DNA from: Candidatus Kerfeldbacteria bacterium RIFCSPLOWO2_02_FULL_42_19
GTDB taxonomy: Bacteria > Patescibacteriota > Patescibacteriia > HO2-48-17
Length of the DNA stretch: 64,000 nt
Direction of reading: 5' to 3'
Assembly (NCBI GenBank): GCA_001818315.1
Contig: MHKF01000012.1
Coordinates: 23,976-87,975 of the forward strand
Made by a program: the position numbers and the translations under genes. Of this stretch, positions 42,984 through 52,700 are shown piece after piece. The first letter of the stretch is position 1. Every line of letters begins with the position of its first letter. The notes below the pieces were generated by a model. The model was not told where the DNA came from and made no database searches. It saw only the letters and a program-made list of their open reading frames with translations.

Positions 42984-45119
42984 TTAGCTTAACGCATGTT
43001 GTTCCGCGCTGATTATTTTCAGGAGATGCTGTGGAATATCGGCAAGAAATCGTGACGGTTCGTTCATTTGCGTTGCGCCGTAGATGGTTCGTTGCGCTGC
43101 GTAGGAAATATACAATTCCGTTTTGGCGCGTGTGATCGCAACATAACATAGGCGTCGTTCTTCTTCCATTTCTTCTGGTGTCCAGAGACTGCGCGCGTGC
43201 GGAAACAGTCCCTCTTCCATTCCTACAAGAAAGACCGTCGGAAACTCTAATCCCTTCGCTGCATGAACCGTCATCATCGTGACTGCATTCGCCGCATTGT
43301 CGTATGTATCTATATCGCTTATAAGACTTGCTTCCTCTAAAAAGGCCACGATCGTTTCCTCGCCTTTTTTATTTTGGAATTTGCGCATCACAGTTTTGAG
43401 TTCCTGAATATTTTCCCACCTCGCTTCACCTTCTTGTGTTCCGTCGAGTAAGGCGTCTTTGTAACCAGTTTTTTTCACGAGCAGATCGAGTATCTCAATA
43501 GGCGGTAGGTTTATGGCATCCTGTTTGATACTTTCGAAATTCTGTGCAAATTGTTTGAGCGCCAGAGTTTGCTTTGTTGGAATTTCAGGAGCCATCTCTT
43601 GGATGATTTCAAAAAAGTTTTTATGATGTTCGCGCGCGTATTGCTCGACCTTCAGCCACGAGCGTTTGCCTATCCCTCGCGGCGGTTCATTGATAATACG
43701 TTCCAAACTGACCCAATCATCCGCATTCACCAGCACACGCAGATAGGCGAGCACGTCTTTAATTTCCTTGCGTTCGTAAAATTGAATCCCACCGACGATC
43801 GTGTAGGGGACTCCATATTGCAGAAACGCTTCTTCAAAAACACGCGATTGCGCGTTGGTGCGAAAAAGAATCACATACCGAGAAAAATCCTTTCGTTTAT
43901 TATTATGTCGGATCGTTTGTTCTAAGAGTTGCTGCGATCGTTCTTTTTGAAACGAGCGCGCTGCCATAATTTTTTCCAAGACACTATGACTTTTTTGTGT
44001 CTCAGTATCTACCGGTTCATACACAAGCTCATCCGTTGTTTTGTTTTTGAATTCTGCATTGTGAGTGTTAACGTTCTCTGTGAAAGAGGCGTGATTGAGC
44101 GGAAGGTCAAAAATAGTGCGTACAATATATTCAGCCTCATCACGCTCGTCCATCGCTTGGTAGATCATAACCCTCGCGCCTTGTTTATTTTTTGTCCAAA
44201 GTTTTTTATCTTTTTGTTTCTGCTTGAGTCGAATCATGTGGTTACTAACCTCGACAATGTTCGCGGTGGAACGATAATTCTCTTCAAGCATGATGATTTT
44301 GGCTTCCGGATAGTCCTGTTCGAAATTGAGAATATTTTGGATATTAGCACCCCGGAAGGAATATATAGATTGCCAGTCATCGCCAACGCAGCAAATGTTT
44401 CGCTGTTTTTCGGCAAGCATTTTTAAGAGGATGTATTGCACTTCATTCGTGTCCTGATATTCGTCAACAAGAAGGTATGGAAATGCACGTTGGTATTTTG
44501 TAAGAATATTCGGGTGTGTTTTCCAGAGCTCCACGGTTTTCAAGAGCAAATCATCGAAATCAAGGGCGTTGTGTTCGTGTAACGCTTTTTGGTATGCATC
44601 ATAAATTTTTGCCGTGAGTTCTTCTTTGAAATTCTGTGCGCTTTCGCCGAACATTTCTGGAGAGAGCATAGTATTTTTTGCTCGTGAGAGAATGCGTTGA
44701 ACACTCGAGGGTGCTATTGTTTTCGTGTCGATCCTTATATCTTTCATGACTTTTCTGATGAGTTGCTGAGAATCGTTCGTATCGAAGATGGTGAAATTTT
44801 TTTTGAAACCTAAGTTTTCAATCTCTCGGCGTAGTATTTGTACACAGAAGGCGTGGAATGTGCCCATAATGGGCGTGATAGTTCTCTGGTGCGCAAGGAG
44901 TTTCATAGCGCGTGTTTTCATTTCTTGCGCCGCTTTGTTCGTAAATGTGAGCGCAACAATATTCTGCGGCTGAATGCCTTCTAAAATCATATAGGCTATG
45001 CGATAGGTGAGTGTCATTGTTTTACCTGAACCGGCGCCAGCGATAATTAAAACAGGACCATGAATAGTCTGTGCTGCCTTTTGTTGCTCTGGATTGAGTG
45101 CTTTGAGTATAGGATGCAT
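42984..45119 (-). CDS. uvrD: ATP-dependent DNA helicase UvrD/PcrA family
   Basis: Walker A AGAGSGKT and SF1 helicase motifs over 711 aa. Confidence 0.9.
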   Translation of the reverse strand: MHPILKALNPEQQKAAQTIHGPVLIIAGAGSGKTMTLTYRIAYMILEGIQPQNIVALTFTNKAAQEMKTRAMKLLAHQRTITPIMGTFHAFCVQILRREIENLGFKKNFTIFDTNDSQQLIRKVMKDIRIDTKTIAPSSVQRILSRAKNTMLSPEMFGESAQNFKEELTAKIYDAYQKALHEHNALDFDDLLLKTVELWKTHPNILTKYQRAFPYLLVDEYQDTNEVQYILLKMLAEKQRNICCVGDDWQSIYSFRGANIQNILNFEQDYPEAKIIMLEENYRSTANIVEVSNHMIRLKQKQKDKKLWTKNKQGARVMIYQAMDERDEAEYIVRTIFDLPLNHASFTENVNTHNAEFKNKTTDELVYEPVDTETQKSHSVLEKIMAARSFQKERSQQLLEQTIRHNNKRKDFSRYVILFRTNAQSRVFEEAFLQYGVPYTIVGGIQFYERKEIKDVLAYLRVLVNADDWVSLERIINEPPRGIGKRSWLKVEQYAREHHKNFFEIIQEMAPEIPTKQTLALKQFAQNFESIKQDAINLPPIEILDLLVKKTGYKDALLDGTQEGEARWENIQELKTVMRKFQNKKGEETIVAFLEEASLISDIDTYDNAANAVTMMTVHAAKGLEFPTVFLVGMEEGLFPHARSLWTPEEMEEERRLCYVAITRAKTELYISYAAQRTIYGATQMNEPSRFLADIPQHLLKIISAEQHALS

Positions 45120-45149
45120 ATGATGTACTGTAGCAAAGCTGTACGAAAT

Positions 45150-45178
45150 TTGACAAATTTTTATAAAAATGGTAACTT
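45150..45178 (+). promoter_or_regulatory. putative promoter TTGACA-17-TAACTT in the divergent uvrD/secG intergenic region
   Basis: Hexamer match only; the leader to secG would be ~270 nt. Confidence 0.25.
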
Positions 45179-45446
45179 GGATATATTGTTATTCGAGGAA
45201 GTATCTTTTTATCTTATTTTCGATTCATTTTTAGCTCATTTATTTCTTCGTCAGCACTGATCGGCCTGAGGAGAATGTGATCTCCTTCATTGATTTTCAA
45301 ACTTTTTCAAACTCCCAAACATTTTATTCTCAAAATTTTGAGACATTTCCATTCGAAATATTTTCATATTTTTTGCCTCCCGCACATTTTGTGATTTGCA
45401 GAGCCAATGTTTGGAACGGAAATGATAACAAAATAAATACGAATTC

Positions 45447-45662
45447 ATGCAATTTGTACTGAGTGTCGCGCAATTTATTGTGAGTTTACTTCTGATATTT
45501 GCTATTATTTTGCAGCAAAAGGGCGCAGGGCTGGGAAGTGCATTTGGGGGTGAGGGAAGCCTCTATAGCACAAGGAGGGGTCCAGAGCGTGCTTTGTTTC
45601 TTACAACGGTTGTACTCAGCATTCTTTTTGTTGGTCTCGCGGTTGCGTTGATCATCGTATAG
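45447..45662 (+). CDS. secG: preprotein translocase subunit SecG
   Basis: 71 aa with two TM helices and the LLQQKGAGLGSAFGG signature. Confidence 0.85.
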   Translation: MQFVLSVAQFIVSLLLIFAIILQQKGAGLGSAFGGEGSLYSTRRGPERALFLTTVVLSILFVGLAVALIIV

Positions 45663-45699
45663 AGTTTTTATCTTTGAGTTTTGCACCCTGTAGAGTATT

Positions 45700-47511
45700 A
45701 TGAGATTTTCATTGTTCAAGTTATTTTCTGCTTTTAAGCAACGTAAAGAACTTCGGAAACATCGTGAAACCACAGATGTCAATAGAAAACTTGTGTTCGC
45801 CCAATCTCCACTGCGCATTCCTCGTTTTGCGCAGTTGAAGTATTTATTTGTTGTGTTTTCTCCTCGCGAACGACTCAGTTTTTTTCTGGCATTTTTCATA
45901 TTCGTGGCCGCACTGTTGGGAATAGGAACGCGATACTACTTACGAAACACTTTTGTCGTGCCTATAGCCGGTGGGGAGTATTCCGAAGCTCTTGTTGGAA
46001 AACCCGAATATGTGAATCCTATATTATCCCAAACGAGTGATGTAGATGCTGATATTACACGTCTCGTTTTCTCTAGTCTTTTTACTTTTGATGTGAACCA
46101 AAATCTTATTCCTGATCTTGTCAATACGTACGCCTTGAGTGAAGATCAACGCACATATACTTTTTATTTGCGACAGGATGCTACGTGGCATGACGGCGTA
46201 ACTTTGACTGCCGATGATGTCATCTTCACTATTTTGAGTATTCAGGATCCGGAATTTCAAAGTCCACTGTTACCGAGTCTTCGCGGCGTGCAAGTGAATA
46301 AGATTGATGATTTTACTTTTAATATGACACTTACGGAACCCTTCGCTCCATTTTTATCGGGGTTCACTTTTGGTATTCTTCCCGAACATTTGTGGTATGA
46401 TATTCCTCCAGCAAATGCACGTCTCGCGCAATTAAATCTGAAACCAATTGGGAGCGGTCTATTTCGCTTTGATACGCTTGTGAAAGACAAAGCTGGAGTT
46501 ATCACGTCGTATACTCTTGTGCGGAATGATTCGTATTACGGCCAAAAACCGTATTTAGAACGTGTGCATTTCGCTTTATTTCCGGATATTTTTTCTGCAC
46601 TCGAAGCTATCCGCAAAAAAGAAGTTGACGGTTTGGGTTTTATTCCAAAATCAGAACGTAATATTCTGGTGAATAAAAATAAAAATTTGGAATTTTATTC
46701 TCTCCATCTTCCGCAATACTCCGCTGTCTTTTTTAATCAAAAGAATAGTCTGCTTGCCGACAAACAAATACGCAAAGCGCTTGTGTATGGATTTGATCGT
46801 GAGCGTATTATTCGTGAAGCATTAGTAGGTGATGGAGATGTGATTTATACTCCGATTCTGCCCGGTTACATTGGACATAATGCTGAAGTTGAAAAATACG
46901 GTTACGATCCTGAGAGAGCAAAAAAAATACTTGATGAGGCAGGTTGGGTATTTCTTGATGGAGATGCCGTGCGTCATAAGAATGGCAAGGAACTTGCGTT
47001 TGCAATTACGACGGTGGATCAACCAGAGTATGTTGCGACGGCGAATATTCTCAAGGAATCTTGGGAAAAACTTGCGATTCGTGTGGAACTGAATATCATC
47101 AGTCAGGCTGAGATGCAATCCAAAATTATTAAACCTCGTGCGTATGAAGCTCTTCTCTTTGGCGAAATTGTTGGTATTGATCCTGATCCCTATCCTTTCT
47201 GGCATTCTTCGCAAAGTAAACACCCTGGTCTCAATCTCGCAGTTTTCTTTAATAAAAATGTTGACAAGTTACTTGAAGAAGCGCGTAAGACTTCCGATGC
47301 TGAACAACGTCGACTGAAGTATTTGCATTTTCAAAATATCCTTGCTGACGAATTACCCGCAATCTTTCTTTACAATCCGTTTTATACCTATGCAGTGAGT
47401 CAGGACGTTCGGGGAGTTGCATCGCGTTATATCACTACACCATCTGATCGTTTTCGCGACATTGTTGAATGGTATCGCAAAACCGAAAGGCAATGGAAAA
47501 CTTCACCTTAA
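45700..47511 (+). CDS. family-5 (Opp/Dpp-type) ABC substrate-binding protein with an N-terminal TM anchor, orphan
   Basis: SBP_bac_5-like body (PEYVNPILSQTSDVDADITRLVFSSLF...). No permease or ATPase genes are adjacent. Confidence 0.7.
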   Translation: MRFSLFKLFSAFKQRKELRKHRETTDVNRKLVFAQSPLRIPRFAQLKYLFVVFSPRERLSFFLAFFIFVAALLGIGTRYYLRNTFVVPIAGGEYSEALVGKPEYVNPILSQTSDVDADITRLVFSSLFTFDVNQNLIPDLVNTYALSEDQRTYTFYLRQDATWHDGVTLTADDVIFTILSIQDPEFQSPLLPSLRGVQVNKIDDFTFNMTLTEPFAPFLSGFTFGILPEHLWYDIPPANARLAQLNLKPIGSGLFRFDTLVKDKAGVITSYTLVRNDSYYGQKPYLERVHFALFPDIFSALEAIRKKEVDGLGFIPKSERNILVNKNKNLEFYSLHLPQYSAVFFNQKNSLLADKQIRKALVYGFDRERIIREALVGDGDVIYTPILPGYIGHNAEVEKYGYDPERAKKILDEAGWVFLDGDAVRHKNGKELAFAITTVDQPEYVATANILKESWEKLAIRVELNIISQAEMQSKIIKPRAYEALLFGEIVGIDPDPYPFWHSSQSKHPGLNLAVFFNKNVDKLLEEARKTSDAEQRRLKYLHFQNILADELPAIFLYNPFYTYAVSQDVRGVASRYITTPSDRFRDIVEWYRKTERQWKTSP

Positions 47512-47658
47512 ACGCATCAAATTTGTTTCGGTATCATTTTTGTTTCTGTCATCACCTCTAAGAGCGCGCTCGCGAATATCTCTCTTTAATACATCAACAT
47601 CAGCGTCCTTCATTTTCAATCTTCAACATTTTTTTCTCTTACATTTTATTATTTCACT

Positions 47659-49572
47659 ATGTCTGCACAATTTCTTCATTCTTCACAACGCCCTATGCTC
47701 CTTGATTTTTATTTGCCTGCGAGTAAACGTCCGACAGCGCCACTTATAACACCCTCACCAACTTCACTGGTAACACGCAGAACTTCACCTCCGCAACATG
47801 AACAGCAAACACATAGTTCAATTTCGCGACATCGCACGGCGCATGTTTCGCGTACAACGTACGCACCAACACATGTTCCATCGCCAGTTCTGCGATCTGT
47901 ACCGCATTCGAAAGATCGCTTACGTATTGTCGTTCTGGGTGGTGCAGAAGAGGTTGGTCGCAACTGTACGTTTTTGGAATACGGCGATGACATCATCATT
48001 ATCGACTTAGGACTTCAATTTCCAGAAGAAGAACATCCTGGCGTCGATTACATCGTTCCTAATATCAGTTATTTTAAAGGTAAGGAAAAGAATATTCGTG
48101 GTGTGATTATTACTCACGGTCACTATGATCATATTGGTGCGATTCCTCACTTAGTTCCAAGATTAGGTAATCCGCCACTCTATGGTACGAAACTCACTCT
48201 GGCTATTATCAAAAAGCGCCAAGAAGATTTTCCAGAATCTGGAAAATTGCATTTGCGTCTCATTGAAGAGGATACGGTACTCCGTTTGGGCAAATTCACG
48301 GTGCATTTTTATCGTGTGAATCACAATATTCCTGATTGCGTGAGTATTGTGATTGATACCCCTGAGGGTACTATTGTGCACACTGGCGATTTTAAATTCG
48401 ATTTTAATCCAGTGATGGATGCGCCGATAGATTTTATGCGCATTGCGCAATTCGGCGCACGAGGTGTTTTAGCATTACTTTCTGACAGCACGAATGTGTG
48501 GCTTCCTGGACACCAAATTTCCGAATCTTTGGTTGGTGATCAAATGCGTACGATATTTCAGAAAGCGCCCGGGCGTCTTATTATCGGTACATTTGCGTCA
48601 CTCTTGAGTCGTGTCCAGCAAGTCATTTGGCTTGCCGAAGAATTTGATCGGCGTGTTGTGATTGAGGGGTATAGTATGCGCACGAATGTGGAAATTGCGC
48701 TCAAATTTGGGTACCTCCAGGCGAAAGGGAATACCATTGTTTCTCCGGAGACTGCACTGAAATTGCCGAATAAAAAGTTGGTGATTATGTGTACTGGTGC
48801 TCAAGGAGAAGATAATGCCGCGTTGATGCGCATTGCCGCAAAAGAACATAAACGTTGGCAAATCGAACCAACGGATTCTATTATATTTTCTTCTTCAGTT
48901 ATTCCGGGTAACGAGCGTTCCGTGCAGCGGTTGCGTGATACGTTGGTTAAAGAAGGTGCTCTCGTATATCACAGTGATATGATGGATATTCATGCCGGCG
49001 GTCACATTAAAGCTGAGGATTTAAAACTTCTGATTCGTCTTTTGAAACCAAAATATCTTATTCCGTTAGAAGGGAATCATTTTATGTTACGCGCTGCCGG
49101 TGAGGTCGCGAAAAGCATTGGTTTTCAACAGGAGAATGTTCTGGTAACTTCAAATGGAGCAGTGATTGAAGCAAAAGACGGTCATGTTGTTTTGACTAAG
49201 GAAAAAGCTAATGCTGAGCATGTTTTTGTTGATGGCCTTGGTGTTGGAGATGTGAGTCATGTTGTACTGCGTGATCGCCAGATGATGGCTGCTGATGGTA
49301 TGGTTGTTATTATTGCGACCGTTAAATCTGACACCGGTGAGCTTGTTGGTTCGCCAGATATCATCTCACGCGGTTTTGTATATATGAAAGAGAGTAAACA
49401 GTTGATTGAAGACGTGCGGCTCAAAGTTAAAAATATTTTAAAAGATAAAAATCCGAAACTTGCTGCGAATGAGATGTATCTGAAGAATAAAATTCGCGAT
49501 GACGTCGGTCAATTTCTTTTTCAAAAGACTGAGCGTCGGCCTATGATACTGCCGGTATTATTGCAAGTCTAG
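47659..49572 (+). CDS. rnj: ribonuclease J (beta-CASP metallo-beta-lactamase) with a ~95-aa low-complexity N-terminal extension
   Basis: HxHxDH motif ITHGHYDHIG plus beta-CASP and C-terminal domains. The N-terminus is S/T/P/H/R-rich. Confidence 0.85.
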   Translation: MSAQFLHSSQRPMLLDFYLPASKRPTAPLITPSPTSLVTRRTSPPQHEQQTHSSISRHRTAHVSRTTYAPTHVPSPVLRSVPHSKDRLRIVVLGGAEEVGRNCTFLEYGDDIIIIDLGLQFPEEEHPGVDYIVPNISYFKGKEKNIRGVIITHGHYDHIGAIPHLVPRLGNPPLYGTKLTLAIIKKRQEDFPESGKLHLRLIEEDTVLRLGKFTVHFYRVNHNIPDCVSIVIDTPEGTIVHTGDFKFDFNPVMDAPIDFMRIAQFGARGVLALLSDSTNVWLPGHQISESLVGDQMRTIFQKAPGRLIIGTFASLLSRVQQVIWLAEEFDRRVVIEGYSMRTNVEIALKFGYLQAKGNTIVSPETALKLPNKKLVIMCTGAQGEDNAALMRIAAKEHKRWQIEPTDSIIFSSSVIPGNERSVQRLRDTLVKEGALVYHSDMMDIHAGGHIKAEDLKLLIRLLKPKYLIPLEGNHFMLRAAGEVAKSIGFQQENVLVTSNGAVIEAKDGHVVLTKEKANAEHVFVDGLGVGDVSHVVLRDRQMMAADGMVVIIATVKSDTGELVGSPDIISRGFVYMKESKQLIEDVRLKVKNILKDKNPKLAANEMYLKNKIRDDVGQFLFQKTERRPMILPVLLQV

Positions 49573-49620
49573 ATCGAGAGTTTGGTAATTTTTGTCTCGT
49601 ATATTTATCCACAGTTTCTT

Positions 49621-49649
49621 TTGACTTGTTTTTTTGAGAGGGTTATACT
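49621..49649 (+). promoter_or_regulatory. putative strong sigma70-like promoter TTGACT-17-TATACT upstream of the 49770 giant gene
   Basis: Near-consensus hexamers with a 17-nt spacer. Confidence 0.45.
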
Positions 49650-49769
49650 GTAGTGAGTTGATTCTTGAGTGCCTTCATGCAAACAGGAGGTAAAAATCAA
49701 AAAAATATTTTTATCGATATCAACTGCGTAAATTTCGTACGCGCATTTTAATTATTTTATTTTTTTGTT

Positions 49770-52700
49770 ATGAGTATGCCTTTTCGTGCGTCGGGTAATG
49801 CCCGAGGTATCACTTTAGTACCTTCATTGCGTGCGACGATCGCTTTCCTTGCCGCGACGATCGTACTGTTTGCTATGTTTATCGTGCTGCTTTTTGCTTT
49901 TCCAGTTGATGCAGCGGGAAAAAATAAACCTACGCAGCCAATCGATGTCGCTGATAATGATAGTCGTATTGAAGACGTAACAGCCGTTGCTGCCGATACT
50001 ACACCGAGTGCAACCACCAGTTATACAGTTTCAATTCAGCTTACTGAGAGCATTCAACAAGGTGGCGAACTCCGTGTTGATTTTCAACTGACAGCCGGCT
50101 GTCCTCCACAAGCCGATTGGGCTACGCAGTGTCGTTTTGGTTTTACCGATGATGCTACTGTTTCCGGACTACCTGCCGGAGCCGTGTCAAATATTGCCGA
50201 CGTCAATGCTGATTCTTCACAGTTTGGTATTCGTGCAGAATCGGGAGCGATTGCGGCTGGCACGTTGGCTTTGACTGTTTCGGGTGTGAAAAATCCGAGC
50301 GCAGGAGGACTTGCGCGCGTGATGGTTGACAGTGTAGTACCTAGTGATGAACCGGATTGTCCATCTTCTGACGATAATGGCGATGACGATGGGGAGGAAG
50401 ATGAACATCAAGAATCAGAAGTGAATAAAGCTGATGATCAGGAAATGTGTTTTCCAGATATGACTGCTTCCGATCCTATCTATCTCGGCACTATGGCAGT
50501 TGTTGGTGCAGTAACATACAAAGGTGGAGATCTCGATGGTCAGCCAGTTTCTTATGGTTGGGTCAATGCCGGCACAAAGGATTTTTGGACAGGAAGTTCT
50601 ACAGATCGATTCGGAGCTTATGCGATTCCACTGCCGCTTCCGCAGGGGAAATATCAAATTCGTGCAGAAGTACCGATGGGCATCACCGGTTATATCCCAG
50701 CAGTCAAAGAAATTGAGTATAAAGGTACGACAATCACCCAGGATTTAACTCTTGGCATTGCAGTCAAAACTTTGAGTGGTACCGTTAAGTACGCTGATGG
50801 CAATGCAGTGGCTGATGCCTCGGTGTGGATTAATAGTCGTACTAATTTTATGGGTACTGGCGCAGAGGTGAATGAAAAAGGGGAATACAGTGCTTCTCTG
50901 GATTGTGGTGATTACGATATGAATTTGGGTCCAAAATGGGATCCTGAAACTAATCAACCTTCCAGTGTGGATTGGATGTATAATCAACCACCAAAGCAGG
51001 TTTCTTTTGCCTGCGATGGTCAACAGCAAACACAGACCGTCGATTTTACTGTGCAAAAGTCTGATTCAAAGGTCATTGGTACGCTTGTTGACAACAATGG
51101 CAAACCAGCTGATGGTCATGTCGAGCTTCGCACCAAGGAAGGGAGTGGAAACGGGAGTCACACCGATCAAAAAGGGAAGTTTTCCATTCCTATTACTGCC
51201 GGTACGTATGAAATGAATGTGTGGACACAACAGCAGGATTTATATTTTACAGGGCAAAAAGTTGAAGTTCCAACAGGTAAGACTGTGGATGTTGGGACGC
51301 TTCAGTTATCAAAACGCGATGCGCAAATCACTGGTACCGTCACAGACTCAAACGGTACTCCTTTGAGCGGAATGAATGTGAATGCGTGGATGCCGGGAGC
51401 TCAAGGTTGGTCAAATGCGCAGACCGATGACAAGGGTCAGTACACTCTCTATGTTTTCGTTGGTGAATGGGAAGTTGGAATTCACTCAGGAGAAGGTGAA
51501 GACAGTAGTGATCAAAATTACATTCAACCACAGAATCAACGTGTGAAGATTGAAAAGTCCGGGCAGACTGTTAGTGATATCAACTTTAAACTGGAGGCAG
51601 CGGATGCAACGATTGCAGTGCAGGTTGTGGATCAGGATAATAACACGATGAGTGATTTGTACGGATGGGCGTTCTGCCATCTTGAGGGTCAATTTGGACC
51701 AGGAAATGAATTTGGTGCTTCCGTGCAACGCGGTCAGGCCAGTATCCCTGTTCGCGGCGGAGAGACCTATGTTTGCGGTATGGGTTTTCCTCCGGAGATG
51801 CCATTTTCTTTAGAAGAAGAACAAAAAGTTCAGATTAACTCTGGCGAAAGTAAAGATGTCACGATGCGTTTGGTTGAGAATGATGCTGTTATTCATGTCA
51901 TTGTTAAAGATCAAGATGGTAAACAGTTGAAGAATGTGGAGGGATTTGTCTTTGCCTTTACCCCAGAAGGATTTAGTCATTTTGGTGAACCGTTGAAACC
52001 CGATGGTACAGCACATTTGACCGTGCGTGGGGGAAAGAAATACGTTGTTGGTTATGATTTCCGTGAAAATTCAGGATATCTCAATTCTCATCCCGACTTC
52101 AAACCCTTTGAGGTTCCTGAGGACTCTACGGTGACTCGTGTACTGACGGCTTATAAAGCAGACGCGAGTATTAGTGGTACAGTGACTGACCCGGATGGAA
52201 AACCAATGTTTGCATGGGTTGGTGCGAGTAACCGCGCTTCACTTGAAGACAAAGCGCAACTTGATACCGGTGTAGAAGGTGCACAAGTCATTGACACCGG
52301 CACTCAAACCGGTCCAGATGGAAAATATAAACTTCTCCTTGTTTCTGGTGAATTCGAAGTTTTTGCCGGTGGAGAATTTGGTGGGAAAAAAGATTTACTC
52401 CCTCCACAACTTTCAAGCGTTACGGTGAAAACTGGTGATGCACTGACATTGGACATGCAATTTCGTTCAGCCGATGCAACTGTCTCTGGTGCTGTGACGT
52501 ATGCTGATTCCGGTAAAACTGTTCCGATTGGTTTCTGCTGGGCATGGTCAGATGAGCAAGGATTTTCCGGGAATATGTTGAGCAATGGAAAATACACTAT
52601 CCCGCTTGTGGAGGGCACCTGGTTTGTGGGTTGTGATTCCTTTAATCCAAACAAAGGTGAAGGAGAGTTTTATCGCGCACAAGAAGCGATAGTGACAGTG

